DNA of 64,000 nucleotides from an uncultured Gammaproteobacteria bacterium (GCA_964596525.1 CAZQUL010000001.1:742509-806508); one strand, 5' to 3'. Positions 28,809 to 39,075 are shown, counted from the first letter of the stretch. The notes: a model not told the origin generated them from the sequence alone. Numbers and translations are program-made.

Positions 28809-30335
28809 ATGAACCGTTTATTCCATAGCACGCTTGCCGTAACGATCGCGGTGGCTTTTGCCTGCGAAGCCATTTTTTTTCGCCATCCGTCACCGCTTGC
28901 CTTTGTGGCGTTAATCGTTGTTTATATCGGTGCATGGGCCGTTCTTATGCACACGAGCTGCTCCTGGCGGTCGCGTTGGCCGTTCATCGCTTTTATTCCG
29001 GTGGCACTTCTTGCCTATGCTTTTCTTTTTCGGATGGATCAAACAGCATGGTTAATCTATGCAGCACTCATTGCCGGTTTGACCTTGTTTGTTACTGCAT
29101 ACGTACCGCTCCGATATACAAAAGGTACCTTTCTCGGACCTTCTTCTCTGCCTTTTGTGCGTGCGCCTCTTACTATCGTGGATAAAGGCTTTGTCTTGGT
29201 CAAAAAAGTTTTGCGCATTCGACTAGAAACAAGCCGGGGTCGCCAAGTTCTTATGGGTTTGGTGCTCGCTGCGCCGCTTCTCATTATTTTTGGCGCTTTA
29301 TTTTATTCAGCCGATGGCGTGTTTAAACAAGTCGTCGGGCGCATAGACTGGTTGCAAAATTTTGTCCGTATTTTTTCCTGGTCAGGCTTTGGTACTATCA
29401 TCCGGTTTTTGGTGTGGTTCCTTTTGGTTGGCGGCCTCTTATCGTATTTTATAGAAGAAGATTACGCGGCTGTTCCCGTGGTGCCACGTCAGCGGGTTGT
29501 TCCAGAAATCACGGTTCTTGTTGTTATCGGTTTGATTGCCGCATTGTTTATTTTTTTCAATATCACCCAGTTGAGCGGACTTCTTCTTGAAACCGGGTTG
29601 AACGGTTTGACCTACGCGGAATATGCCCGGGAAGGCTTTGGCCAGCTGGTTCTTGCCTTGATGTTATCATTTGCCATGATATGGGTGATTTGCCATTTAT
29701 ACGGACAAGAATCGTGGCCGCGGCGCGTGCGCATCGTCACCGGCGTCTTTTTGGCACAGCTTATCCCGCTTGCCCTGTCGGCTTGGTATCGGCTTAACCT
29801 GTATCAACAAGCATACGGTTTTACCCTGCCGCGTTTGTATGCCGAAGGGGCGATAGTGGTCAGTTTTGCGGTGATGGCTCTTTACGCAGCTGTGCTGCTC
29901 GGCAAACTCCGCTACGAACGCATCGTCCATATCTCGGTCGGCATTGTGGTTATGGCTATCGCAATCCTCGGTATTATTGGTCCGAGCTATCTCGTCGCGC
30001 GGTGGAATTTTGAGCGTCTCGCGGCAGATAAAACATTTGATGCCAGCTATATGGCGCTCCTCGCTACAACCGATCCCGACAGTCTGCGCGCTTGGGTGGC
30101 TATGAAAGATCCAGCAGTGCAAGACGCTATTAAAAGAAATAACCAGAGCGGTGCAGGTACGGCGAGTGATTGGGTGCTTATGCTTACCACGCTGCAAGAA
30201 GTATACGATGATTTGCCCTATTATCATCTGCCTGATCCAAAGGATGGTGGTTCGGCGTTGTGGAGTTATCACCCGGGGGCGCGCCATGTGCAGGGTGTGG
30301 TCCGCGACCTGCTCGTTGCGCTTCCACCACGGTAG
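28809..30335 (+). CDS. DUF4153-like polytopic membrane protein
   Basis: TYAEYAREGFGQL, RLNLYQQAYGFTLPRL, ARWN. Confidence 0.85.
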   Translation: MNRLFHSTLAVTIAVAFACEAIFFRHPSPLAFVALIVVYIGAWAVLMHTSCSWRSRWPFIAFIPVALLAYAFLFRMDQTAWLIYAALIAGLTLFVTAYVPLRYTKGTFLGPSSLPFVRAPLTIVDKGFVLVKKVLRIRLETSRGRQVLMGLVLAAPLLIIFGALFYSADGVFKQVVGRIDWLQNFVRIFSWSGFGTIIRFLVWFLLVGGLLSYFIEEDYAAVPVVPRQRVVPEITVLVVIGLIAALFIFFNITQLSGLLLETGLNGLTYAEYAREGFGQLVLALMLSFAMIWVICHLYGQESWPRRVRIVTGVFLAQLIPLALSAWYRLNLYQQAYGFTLPRLYAEGAIVVSFAVMALYAAVLLGKLRYERIVHISVGIVVMAIAILGIIGPSYLVARWNFERLAADKTFDASYMALLATTDPDSLRAWVAMKDPAVQDAIKRNNQSGAGTASDWVLMLTTLQEVYDDLPYYHLPDPKDGGSALWSYHPGARHVQGVVRDLLVALPPR

Positions 30336-30339
30336 TACA

Positions 30340-30403
30340 AAAAACCGCCCCGCTACGTTTAGCACCAAGGGATTAGTGGTAAACGTAGGTGCGGGGCGGT
30401 TTT
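30340..30403. terminator. Long imperfect hairpin / bidirectional terminator
   Basis: AAAACCGCCCCGC-TACGTTTA...TAAACGTA-GGT-GCGGGGCGGTTTT. Confidence 0.75.
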
Positions 30404-30420
30404 GAGGCCGCCGGGCAGAG

Positions 30421-30813
30421 CTACTTCATGCTGTGATGGTCGGAGGCAGGCGGGGGAGTTGACGGCAGACGCTCGACGGTGAAGGATGCGGAAGAGTCTT
30501 CGTAGGTCTGCGACTCTTCGCGCTTCACCGGACCCATCATGAATCCGATCTCGCGGAAAAGCTCTTTGAGGGCCGCTTCGACATCGGGATCGAAGATGCT
30601 GGTCTGGAGGATGGGGTTTCCATCCGTGTTGCTTTTTCTGATCTGTGAAATGATCTCCCCTTCGAAGAGCTTCTCGGCTGCAGAGCGGGCCTTGTCTGCC
30701 TTCTCTTTGGCCTGCCGCTTCATCTCCGCGGCATGATTTTCGGAGCGCTTGGCTAGAGCCTGCTCCATACGAATCCGGCGTGCCTCGATTTCTGTTGCCC
30801 TGTCGTGTGCCAT
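30421..30813 (-). CDS. Orphan hypothetical protein with N-terminal coiled coil (SD-led unit)
   Basis: GAGGAG SD; TTGACA-17-TAGTAT promoter at 30892-30864; charged helical N-terminal half. Confidence 0.7.
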   Translation of the reverse strand: MAHDRATEIEARRIRMEQALAKRSENHAAEMKRQAKEKADKARSAAEKLFEGEIISQIRKSNTDGNPILQTSIFDPDVEAALKELFREIGFMMGPVKREESQTYEDSSASFTVERLPSTPPPASDHHSMK

Positions 30814-31005
30814 GGTTCTTCTCCTCACTAAGCCGTATGCGGCGGCAGTTACAGGAACAGTCGATACTACACTTTTGGGGCGTATCTGTCAACTCTCTTG
30901 GTGAGATTAGAAACCTTAATTTCCTTTAATCTTGCCAAAATACGGCGTGATTGATAGAGTGGGGGTATATATAAGTATCTTCTATTTCCGCATTTTATCA
31001 TCCGT

Positions 31006-32880
31006 ATGTTTACGTCCCGCGAGCTCCGCCAGAAGTATCTCAATTTCTTCAAATCCAAAGGCCACGCCATTATCCCGTCCGCCCCAGTCGTCCCGGATAA
31101 CGACCCGACGGTACTCTTTACGACTGCGGGCATGCACCCCCTCGTGCCGTATCTTTTAGGCGAACAGCACCCGGCCGGCACCCGCCTTACGAACGTGCAG
31201 AAATGCATCCGCACCGGCGATATCGACGAAGTGGGGGACAACCGCCACCAGACATTCTTTGAAATGATGGGTAATTGGTCACTCGGCGATTACTTCAAAA
31301 AAGAAGCCATCGAATGGAGCTGGGAGTTTTTGACGTCGCCGGAATATCTCGGCCTCGATAAGCGTAAACTGGCCGTTACGGTCTTTGGCGGCGATCCGCG
31401 TGTGCCGCATCTCCCGAAAGACGAAGAATCCTACATGATCTGGAAAAACCTCGGCGTGCCGGAACATAAAATCGCCTATCTCGAAGGTGGGGTTTTGGAA
31501 AGCAAGAAAAACTGGTGGGGTCCGGCCGGACAGACGGGTCCCTGCGGTCCGGATACCGAAATGTTCTTCTGGAAAGGTGAGGGCGAGTTTCCGCCCGAAG
31601 GCAGTAATCCTGGCAACGATGAAGACAACTGGCTCGAAATCTGGAACGACGTTTTGATGCAGTACAACAAAATGGCCGACGGTTCGTATGCTCCGCTCGC
31701 CAAGAAAAATGTCGACACCGGCATGGGGCTCGAACGCACCCTCATGGTCATGAACGGTTTTGTCGACACGTTCCAGACCGACACGTTCTGGCCGCTCATC
31801 CAGAAAATTTCGGAAATTTCCGGCAAGATTTATGTTGAGGACAAGAACATTACCCGTTCGATGCGCATCATCGCCGATCATATTCGCACTGCGACCATGA
31901 TCATGGGTGATGACCGTGGCATTGCCCCGGGTAACGTTGACCAGGGCTATATCGTCCGCCGCCTCATCCGCCGCGCGGTGCGTCATGGCCGCGTGCTCGG
32001 TATCACGACAAATTTTACAAGCATCATCGCTGAGAAAGTAATTGAAATTTTTGCCGACGTCTACCCTGAAGTCACCCGCAACCGTGATTTTGTCCTCACC
32101 GAAATGGCGCGTGAAGAGTCCAAATTCCGCAATACCATCGAGCAGGGCCTCAAAGAATTCGAAAAACTCCTTAACGGTTTCCGTATTGCCTTTGAAAAAA
32201 CCGGCCAGGCCATTAAGGAAATTTCCGGCAAGCAAGCGTTCAAGCTCTATGATACGTACGGCTTCCCGCTCGAAATGACCCAGGAGCTCGCCATTGAAAA
32301 CGGCCTCACCGTCGACGTGAGCGCGTTCGAGAAAGCGTTCCAGGAACACCAGGAGCTTTCCCGCGCCGGTGCCGAGCAGAAATTCAAAGGCGGCCTCGCT
32401 GATCATAGCGAGATTTCCACGCGCTATCATACGGCGACGCATCTCGTGCATGCCGCGCTCATGAAAGTTTTGGGCCCGCACGCCACGCAGCGGGGGAGTA
32501 ACATCACCCACGAGCGCATGCGTTTCGATTTTGCGCATCCGCAGAAACTCACGCCCGAAGAACTGCGTGCTGTCGAAGACTTGGTTAATGCTGCGGTCGC
32601 GAAAGATTACCCGATGACCTGGCAGGAAATGAACTTCGAAGAAGCGAAGCGACTCGGCGCTATCGGTCTTTTCGAAGATAAATACGAAGCAAAAATCAAA
32701 GTTTACACTGTGGGAGACCCGTCACTCCCGGCTACGGCCGACCCGAATTCGCCGACCTTTAGCCGCGAAGTCTGTGGTGGTCCGCATGTGGCGCATACGG
32801 GGCTCGTCGGTAAGTTCAAGATCGTTAAAGAAGAAGCGGTAAGTGCAGGGGTGCGGCGTATCAAGGCGGTAGTTGAGTAG
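31006..32880 (+). CDS. alaS: Alanine--tRNA ligase (short form lacking C-Ala)
   Basis: LFTTAGM, QKCIR, FFEMMGNWS, DTGMGLER; editing domain HTATH and CGGPHV. Confidence 0.97.
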   Translation: MFTSRELRQKYLNFFKSKGHAIIPSAPVVPDNDPTVLFTTAGMHPLVPYLLGEQHPAGTRLTNVQKCIRTGDIDEVGDNRHQTFFEMMGNWSLGDYFKKEAIEWSWEFLTSPEYLGLDKRKLAVTVFGGDPRVPHLPKDEESYMIWKNLGVPEHKIAYLEGGVLESKKNWWGPAGQTGPCGPDTEMFFWKGEGEFPPEGSNPGNDEDNWLEIWNDVLMQYNKMADGSYAPLAKKNVDTGMGLERTLMVMNGFVDTFQTDTFWPLIQKISEISGKIYVEDKNITRSMRIIADHIRTATMIMGDDRGIAPGNVDQGYIVRRLIRRAVRHGRVLGITTNFTSIIAEKVIEIFADVYPEVTRNRDFVLTEMAREESKFRNTIEQGLKEFEKLLNGFRIAFEKTGQAIKEISGKQAFKLYDTYGFPLEMTQELAIENGLTVDVSAFEKAFQEHQELSRAGAEQKFKGGLADHSEISTRYHTATHLVHAALMKVLGPHATQRGSNITHERMRFDFAHPQKLTPEELRAVEDLVNAAVAKDYPMTWQEMNFEEAKRLGAIGLFEDKYEAKIKVYTVGDPSLPATADPNSPTFSREVCGGPHVAHTGLVGKFKIVKEEAVSAGVRRIKAVVE

Positions 32881-32889
32881 TATATAGTG

Positions 32890-32924
32890 AAAAACCACGG
32901 CGGTTATACTCGCGGTGGTTTTTT
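32890..32924 (+). terminator. Intrinsic terminator of alaS
   Basis: AAAAACCAC...GTGGTTTTT. Confidence 0.7.
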
Positions 32925-32958
32925 GATAGTAGAAATGGCGTGATGATTTATCGAGTCG

Positions 32959-33005
32959 TGTGGATATTTTTTAACCTAAAAGTCGTACAATTTATTTTAT
33001 CCACA
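32959..33005. promoter_or_regulatory. Pair of DnaA-box-like sites in an AT-rich intergenic region
   Basis: TGTGGATAT at 32959 (1 mismatch, reverse orientation) and perfect TTATCCACA at 32997. Confidence 0.5.
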
Positions 33006-33218
33006 GACTTTATGATAATTTTATAAACGATTTATTAATCGATAGTTAGAGAAAAAAGAGTTCAAAAAAACAGTTTGAAGACATTTTTTGTTAAAAAATG
33101 TTATTTTTAACCGACAAAGCGTTACCGTTACTCCGTCGATAGCATTGACTTATCCCTAAGTTTAGGTATAGTCTCATCTATAGAGTTCGTAGTTCGTAGC
33201 GAAAGAGGAGGTTCCCCC

Positions 33219-34424
33219 ATGTCCACTGCGGCATCTTCCAGCCAGGTTCGTGCGCTTCCCCCCACATTGCGGCTCGTACGAGACGATGAAGAGCTTTTCA
33301 ACCCACCGCCTTCCACGGGCCGTGTCCTCGAGCCAGTCGAGCCCTTGGTTTCTGATCGGGTTGTCACCGACCTAGCGCAGAACGTGCAGGTCGGGGAAAA
33401 CCTGGCCGTCAGGTTCTCCATTCTGGCCTCGAAGAACCCCGAAGACACGCAGCTCGAGCGCCGGCAGCGCTTTCTCTATGCGGCTGCGCTCCCTCTCATG
33501 TTGTTGATCGCCCTTATCGTTGCTGTTCAGGTGGGCGTGTGGCGGGTGTTTTTCTGGCTCTCGTGGCGTTTCGGCCGCATCCATCTTTCCAAGAAGGAGT
33601 TCGCCAATCGCTACGAGCTTGGGCCGGCCTCGCTTTCATGGCCGTTCCTAGGATCGCCCATGGGTCGGCAGCTGCGCGCTGACGTGACTACCGCGTCGGC
33701 ACTCACGCCGACGTACAGCTACAACCGGTACTGTCGTGAGGCCAAGGGTGGCAAACTGACGCTCGGTGATCGGGCGTTCCTGTTCTGGATTAACCAGCCC
33801 GATGGGCAGGCGGTACGCAACCGCTTGCGCATGGTACATCAGTTCATCGGCGACGAGCTCGAGCGCATCTTTAAGGACCGCGGAGTGCGGTATGAGATCA
33901 AGGTGCTCTCGCTCGCCTGCGGTTCGGCTGAGGCGACGATCCGGGCGGTGCAGGCCTTCAACCTGCGCTACCCCCAGGCCCGGGTGGAAGTCACGCTCGT
34001 CGACCTTAACCGCGGGTCGCTTCGCCAGGCAGGAGAACTGGCGCGGCACTGCGGGGTCAAGATCACTACGATCTGCATGAACCTCAGAGATTATCTCCCG
34101 ACCGTACCCGACCACAGCTTCGATGTCATCGAGGAAGTCGGGTTCCGCGACTATCGCCTGAAGGCGAGCGCCCAGTGGTACTCTGCTGAAGAGCGTCGAG
34201 TTCTGAGGATCGGCGGTGCGCTCGTCACCTCGAGCATCGCGCCGAGCCTGGGTGCGCCGGTCGTGCGGTCGGTCACCAACTGGCCGTACCTCATCCGCCG
34301 CCCGCTCACGGAGTTCAAGCCGCTCGTCGTGGGGCCCGGAGACCTCTTTGGTCTCGATGAGGCTAAGTTCTACAAGGAGCCATGGGGTATCCACTACCTC
34401 TGCGTGGCTCATCGCATTTCCTAG
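33219..34424 (+). CDS. Membrane-anchored class I SAM methyltransferase-like protein (YnbC C-domain-like)
   Basis: One TM segment, then AVRNRL, VLSLACGS, TLVDLN, FDVIE, VLRIGG; SD GAGGAGG; TTGACT-16-TATAGT promoter. Confidence 0.7.
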   Translation: MSTAASSSQVRALPPTLRLVRDDEELFNPPPSTGRVLEPVEPLVSDRVVTDLAQNVQVGENLAVRFSILASKNPEDTQLERRQRFLYAAALPLMLLIALIVAVQVGVWRVFFWLSWRFGRIHLSKKEFANRYELGPASLSWPFLGSPMGRQLRADVTTASALTPTYSYNRYCREAKGGKLTLGDRAFLFWINQPDGQAVRNRLRMVHQFIGDELERIFKDRGVRYEIKVLSLACGSAEATIRAVQAFNLRYPQARVEVTLVDLNRGSLRQAGELARHCGVKITTICMNLRDYLPTVPDHSFDVIEEVGFRDYRLKASAQWYSAEERRVLRIGGALVTSSIAPSLGAPVVRSVTNWPYLIRRPLTEFKPLVVGPGDLFGLDEAKFYKEPWGIHYLCVAHRIS

Positions 34425-34538
34425 ACGAAGCCGGCCTCCCTCATTTCCTGCTTCGAGATACGCTTGGTCCTACTGGGCGTATTTTTGTTTTTTAGGTATA
34501 CTGGTGAAAGATTTTACTGTTGTTGAGTGGTTTTTTGT

Positions 34539-36203
34539 ATGGAAAGCAATTTTTTTTGGTATTTCCCTGCTTCAGCGCTGGTAAACACGATTACGAGCGG
34601 ATTGCTTGGCATCTATCTTCTGCTCATCGCCAGCAAGCGCCCGGTGGCCCGCTATTTGCTTTACTTTTGTCTTGCGGCGACCTGGTGGGGGCTCGGATAT
34701 TTTTTTTGGCAAATCAGCTCTACGGCGGAAAGCGCCCTGTTTTGGACCCGATTTCTCATGTTTGGCGCGATTTTCAGCTCGGTGTGCTATTTCCATCTGG
34801 TTATCGTTTTCTTGAATAAGCAGCACACGTATTTTAAATACATCGTCGGGTTATTTTATCTTAGCTGCATTATTTTTGCCGGCCTTAATCTTACGCCCAA
34901 TTTCGTCATTGGGGTAGAGCCGCGATCATATTTCCGGTTCTGGCCTATTCCGGGGCAGGGATATATGGCTTTTTTGGCAGTATTTTTCCTACAGGTTTTA
35001 CTCGCCTCGGTGCTCCTGTTTAAGAAATACCGCGCGAGTAGCGGCGTAGAAAAAATCCAGACAGCCCTGCTTTTGGCCGGTATCTTGCTGGCCTTTGTCG
35101 GCGGTTCGACCAATTATTTTTTGTGGTACAACATACCCATTCCACCCTGGGGTAATGGGCTTGTAGCCATTTACGTCGTGTTGACGGTATATGCCATGCT
35201 TAAGTACCGGTTCATGGATCTTAAGGTAGTTTTTGCCGAGATTTTCACCGGGCTTATCTTACTCGTCTTCTTGCTCGATATTTTCTTGTCACGCAGTTAT
35301 TTGGAGATCGGTTTCCGCGTCTTGGCGCTCTTTATCATGTTTGCGTTCGGATACGTCCTTATCCGCTCGGTGCAGCGCGAAATCCAGCGGCGTGAAGAAG
35401 TTACGGCTTTGGCGCATGATCTGCAAGAAGCCAACAACCGCCTACAAGAGCTCGACCGTCAGAAAACGGAATTTCTTTCCATTGCATCGCACCAGCTGCG
35501 CACGCCTTTGTCTATCATAAACGGCTACATCGGGTTGTTGCAGGAGGGTGGTTATGGCAAGCCGACCAAAGACATGCAGCAGGTTTTTGCCAATATGGAT
35601 GAGAGCAATACGCGCCTTACCAAGTTGGTCGATGAGTTTTTGGACATAACGCGCATCGAGCAGGGGCGCACTAAATTCTACTACAGCCCGCATGATATGA
35701 ACGAAATCGTCGATAGCGTGATTAAGGAATTGCGTGGCCGCGCTGAGCAGAAAGGGCTTGCACTCCTCTGGAAGCGTGATTATTTTCCGCATGTGGCAAG
35801 CGTTGATGATGAAAAAATCCGCCATGCCATTTATAATCTCGTGGACAATGCCGTCAAATATAGCGAGCATGGGACTATCACGGTAGCGTTGCAAAGCAAA
35901 GATGGCGGCCTGGTATTTACCGTTAATGACCAAGGGCTTGGTTTTGAAGAGAAAGATCGAGTTAACCTGTATCAGAAATTTTATCGCGGCGAAAACGTCC
36001 AGCATACCAATGTCAACGGAACGGGTCTGGGTTTGTACGTAGTGAGCAAGTTTGTGGATGCCCACGGGGGACGAGTGTGGGCAAAAAGCCCTGGCCTTGG
36101 TAAGGGGAGTGAATTCGGGTTCTGGATTCCTTTGGACCGTGATGCACGTAAAAGCGAGGTGGTTGAAAATCCGGTCTTGGCTCAAGGCAGTGGTGGGCGT
36201 TAA
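34539..36203 (+). CDS. Sensor histidine kinase with N-terminal 7TM domain
   Basis: ASHQLRTPL (H box), NLVDNAVKY, DQGLG, GTGLGL. Confidence 0.95.
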   Translation: MESNFFWYFPASALVNTITSGLLGIYLLLIASKRPVARYLLYFCLAATWWGLGYFFWQISSTAESALFWTRFLMFGAIFSSVCYFHLVIVFLNKQHTYFKYIVGLFYLSCIIFAGLNLTPNFVIGVEPRSYFRFWPIPGQGYMAFLAVFFLQVLLASVLLFKKYRASSGVEKIQTALLLAGILLAFVGGSTNYFLWYNIPIPPWGNGLVAIYVVLTVYAMLKYRFMDLKVVFAEIFTGLILLVFLLDIFLSRSYLEIGFRVLALFIMFAFGYVLIRSVQREIQRREEVTALAHDLQEANNRLQELDRQKTEFLSIASHQLRTPLSIINGYIGLLQEGGYGKPTKDMQQVFANMDESNTRLTKLVDEFLDITRIEQGRTKFYYSPHDMNEIVDSVIKELRGRAEQKGLALLWKRDYFPHVASVDDEKIRHAIYNLVDNAVKYSEHGTITVALQSKDGGLVFTVNDQGLGFEEKDRVNLYQKFYRGENVQHTNVNGTGLGLYVVSKFVDAHGGRVWAKSPGLGKGSEFGFWIPLDRDARKSEVVENPVLAQGSGGR

Positions 36204-36221
36204 GCGGATGCACACGTTGAT

Positions 36222-38066
36222 ATGGTTTCTAAACTAGTGCAACGAGTCGCGATGGCAGTATGGGGTGGTTTGGTCATCGCGGCTTTTTTGGTTCTCTCGG
36301 TGTCCGCTTCAGATTTCTTCGTCGTGTCGCCGTGGGAGGTTATTTCATCCTGGTATCTGCCGTTATTTGTTGTGATCGCTTTCGGTTTGGGCTGGTATAT
36401 CGCTTCGGAATGGGTGCGGGTTGTACCGGCACTCGGCGCTCTCATTGTTGTTACTTTTTTGCAGCATAGTTATCTGCCGCTATCGCATGAATTTTTCTAT
36501 GGCGCGGACGGATGGCGGCATCTAGCGAATGCAGAACGAATTGTAAACGAAGGGTGGGGGGCGGTGTATCAGTTCAGTTCGCTCGGTGAAGCGGTTGGGG
36601 AGGTTTCATATACGTTTCTCTGGGCACTCCTCGTTGCTAGTCTTAGATTAGGTCTTAACGCTGTAGTGGTCATTAAATGGCTCGTACCGATTGTGTGGTC
36701 AGTTGGGGTGCCGATCGTGTTGTATAAACTTTTGCGAACGTTTGGTATAGCGCCGCAGCGGGCACTCGGCGGGGTGTGGCTGTCGCTTATTCCGTTTGCG
36801 TGGCAGGCGGCCGGGGCGTTTACATTACCGGTCGGGTTGAGTTTTGTGATGTTTCTCGTGGCACTCGTCGTGCTTGCTCGTTATGTTGTGGCCGAGGGAC
36901 AGAAGTCGCGCCTGCCGTTGCTTGGTGGTTTGGCACTAGTGAGTGTGGGATATACGCTGTACCCGCTCGTCTACCTGTTGTTATGGGGTGCGGCGGAGGC
37001 GCTTTTGTTCGCCCGGCGAAGAATGCCGGCTACCTTCCAGAGGGTGAGCGAGGTGGTAGTGGGAATCGGGCTTTTGCTTGCGTTACCGCTCGCCGAAGTA
37101 GTGGCTCGGTATAGTTCCTGGTCAGATACCTGGTCGTTTAGAACTTTTATCGCTAGCGCCGTGCAGTTTTTCGGCAATTTGAGCGGTTTTTATCTTGCTT
37201 CTGGTCCGCGTCCGCACGATATCCCAACCGGTAATTTATTGTTTAACCAGATGCCGAGTTATGCGTTCGTGAGCAATCCGCTTATTGCGTGGCGGTGGTG
37301 GCTCGTCGCAGTCGCCGTAGTGTTTTGGGGTGTCGTGGTGCTTGGTTCGTGGTATCAGTTGCGGCGCAGTTCGGCGGTGTGGTTACGGTGGTGGTCGCTC
37401 GCTACCATGGCTTTTTTGGGCAGTTTGTTTGTAGGGCGCTACGTCCTTGTTGGGGAACAGGTATTGTCGCGGCGGATGGATGTGGTGATTGTTTTGTTTG
37501 CGCTGGTTTCGTTTGTCGTTACGCTTTCGCAGGTGTTCGACAGGTATCGTGAACGGTGTGCAGCTGGATTACATCAGCATCGATGGTTCGTTGGGGTGGC
37601 TGTGGCTTTTGCGGCGCTCGTTATGGGAGCGTCGTATACGCTTGGGCCTGATACGCGGGCGGTAAGCCGTAACGAATATGCGGCTATGCAGGTCGTATGG
37701 TCATACGAGAAAGGCAATCCTGGTCCGTGGTGCGTAGTGGCCGATACCTATCCACTTCTGGCCCTTGAAGCCCTTTCGGCCAAGCGTATAGTGGGAGGAG
37801 GATTTCCTATTAATGAATATTTTGCGCAGAAAGAACGGGAAGAAATTTTTGTGCACTTCAAACACGGCGCTTTTTCGGAAGCTGCCATGAAAGCTTTGGC
37901 AGTAACTAAGGCAGAGCGCTGTTGGTTCGCGGGCGTTCCAACTTCAATCAATCCAGATGGTAGCCGCTTTTTTCATGGCTGGTTTGGTGCTGTAGATGGT
38001 TCTGTCGCTCGTCCTCAGGCTCTTGGACTGTGGGTTGTCGAGGTTCCGTCTTCACGTGCGCCTTAA
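36222..38066 (+). CDS. Polytopic membrane protein, possibly GT-C-like
   Basis: More than 12 TM segments; GADGWRH in first loop; soluble C-terminal domain. Confidence 0.6.
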   Translation: MVSKLVQRVAMAVWGGLVIAAFLVLSVSASDFFVVSPWEVISSWYLPLFVVIAFGLGWYIASEWVRVVPALGALIVVTFLQHSYLPLSHEFFYGADGWRHLANAERIVNEGWGAVYQFSSLGEAVGEVSYTFLWALLVASLRLGLNAVVVIKWLVPIVWSVGVPIVLYKLLRTFGIAPQRALGGVWLSLIPFAWQAAGAFTLPVGLSFVMFLVALVVLARYVVAEGQKSRLPLLGGLALVSVGYTLYPLVYLLLWGAAEALLFARRRMPATFQRVSEVVVGIGLLLALPLAEVVARYSSWSDTWSFRTFIASAVQFFGNLSGFYLASGPRPHDIPTGNLLFNQMPSYAFVSNPLIAWRWWLVAVAVVFWGVVVLGSWYQLRRSSAVWLRWWSLATMAFLGSLFVGRYVLVGEQVLSRRMDVVIVLFALVSFVVTLSQVFDRYRERCAAGLHQHRWFVGVAVAFAALVMGASYTLGPDTRAVSRNEYAAMQVVWSYEKGNPGPWCVVADTYPLLALEALSAKRIVGGGFPINEYFAQKEREEIFVHFKHGAFSEAAMKALAVTKAERCWFAGVPTSINPDGSRFFHGWFGAVDGSVARPQALGLWVVEVPSSRAP

Positions 38067-38077
38067 ACTAACTTTAT

Positions 38078-38479
38078 ATGTCGTGTATTTTTTGCAGAAT
38101 CATTGCCAAAGAAATTCCCAACCACACGGTATTTGAGAACGAAAACGTGCTGGCTTTTTTAGATATTTTCCCTTGCAGTCCGGGTCATACAGTGGTTATT
38201 CCCAAGCGTCATGCCGAGCGGATGACCGATTTGTCCCCCGAAGAGCAGGCGGCGCTTATCCAAGGCGTGGGGTCTGTTATGTGTCGCATTGATGACGTGC
38301 TTAAACCCCCGGGCATGAACGTAGGGTGGAATGATCGAGCGGCCGCTGGTCAGGCCGTACCCCATGTGCATGTGCATGTTTTACCTCGCTACGAAGGCGA
38401 TGGAGGAGGGAGTATGCATTCCATCGTCAAAAACAAAGAATCGATTGATGTTCAAGCTCTCGCTAAACGTTTCGCTTAA
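38078..38479 (+). CDS. HIT family hydrolase
   Basis: CIFCRI and HVHVHVL histidine triad. Confidence 0.95.
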   Translation: MSCIFCRIIAKEIPNHTVFENENVLAFLDIFPCSPGHTVVIPKRHAERMTDLSPEEQAALIQGVGSVMCRIDDVLKPPGMNVGWNDRAAAGQAVPHVHVHVLPRYEGDGGGSMHSIVKNKESIDVQALAKRFA

Positions 38480-38481
38480 CT

Positions 38482-39075
38482 ATGCCGCGTTCTCGCCAAA
38501 AAATCATCCTTTCTACCGCTGGCACGCTTTTTCTTGCCGTCGTTATTCTTGTCCTGCGGCGGGCGGCAGTGGAATTTCCGGAGTTTAAAAAGGTTATCGA
38601 CCAGATCGTCGTTGCCACGTCGTCCGAGCCAGCCACCCCACCTTCATCTTCGGTGCCACAGGTCGTTTCGTCGACCCATGGTGTGTGGTTTACCGTGGCG
38701 CGCGTCGTTGATGGCGATACGATTGAACTCGCGGATGGAACTAAAGTGCGCTACGTTGGTGTAAATACACCCGAGACGCACCACCCCACCAAAGGCGTGG
38801 AGTGTTTTGGTAAAGAAGCCGAGGCATACAATGCCGCGCTTGTCGTTGGCAAACGCGTTAGGCTCGAAAAAGACGTTTCAGAAACCGATCGTTATGGCCG
38901 ATTGCTTCGTTTTGTATACCTTGAAGATGCCACATTCGTGAACAAAAAATTAATCGAAGACGGGTATGCGACCGTCATGACGTATGCGCCCGACGTGGCT
39001 AAAAGCAAAGAATTCGTGGTGGCAGAAGCAGCTGCGCGCGAAGCAGGCCTTGGGCTGTGGAAACAGTGTAGGTGA
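38482..39075 (+). CDS. Thermonuclease (SNase) family membrane-anchored nuclease
   Basis: RVVDGDT, VRYVGVNTPE, DRYGRLL, GLW. Confidence 0.93.
   Translation: MPRSRQKIILSTAGTLFLAVVILVLRRAAVEFPEFKKVIDQIVVATSSEPATPPSSSVPQVVSSTHGVWFTVARVVDGDTIELADGTKVRYVGVNTPETHHPTKGVECFGKEAEAYNAALVVGKRVRLEKDVSETDRYGRLLRFVYLEDATFVNKKLIEDGYATVMTYAPDVAKSKEFVVAEAAAREAGLGLWKQCR

Noticed and set aside
30831-30845. AGCCGTATGCG resembling group II intron domain V
   Set aside because: No complementary arm, no RT ORF and no other intron domains
31279-32538. 419-aa antisense ORF over alaS (likewise 48202-49278, 62755-63741, 60799-61869, 41968-42669)
   Set aside because: Shadow ORFs opposite better-supported genes, with no motifs or start signals
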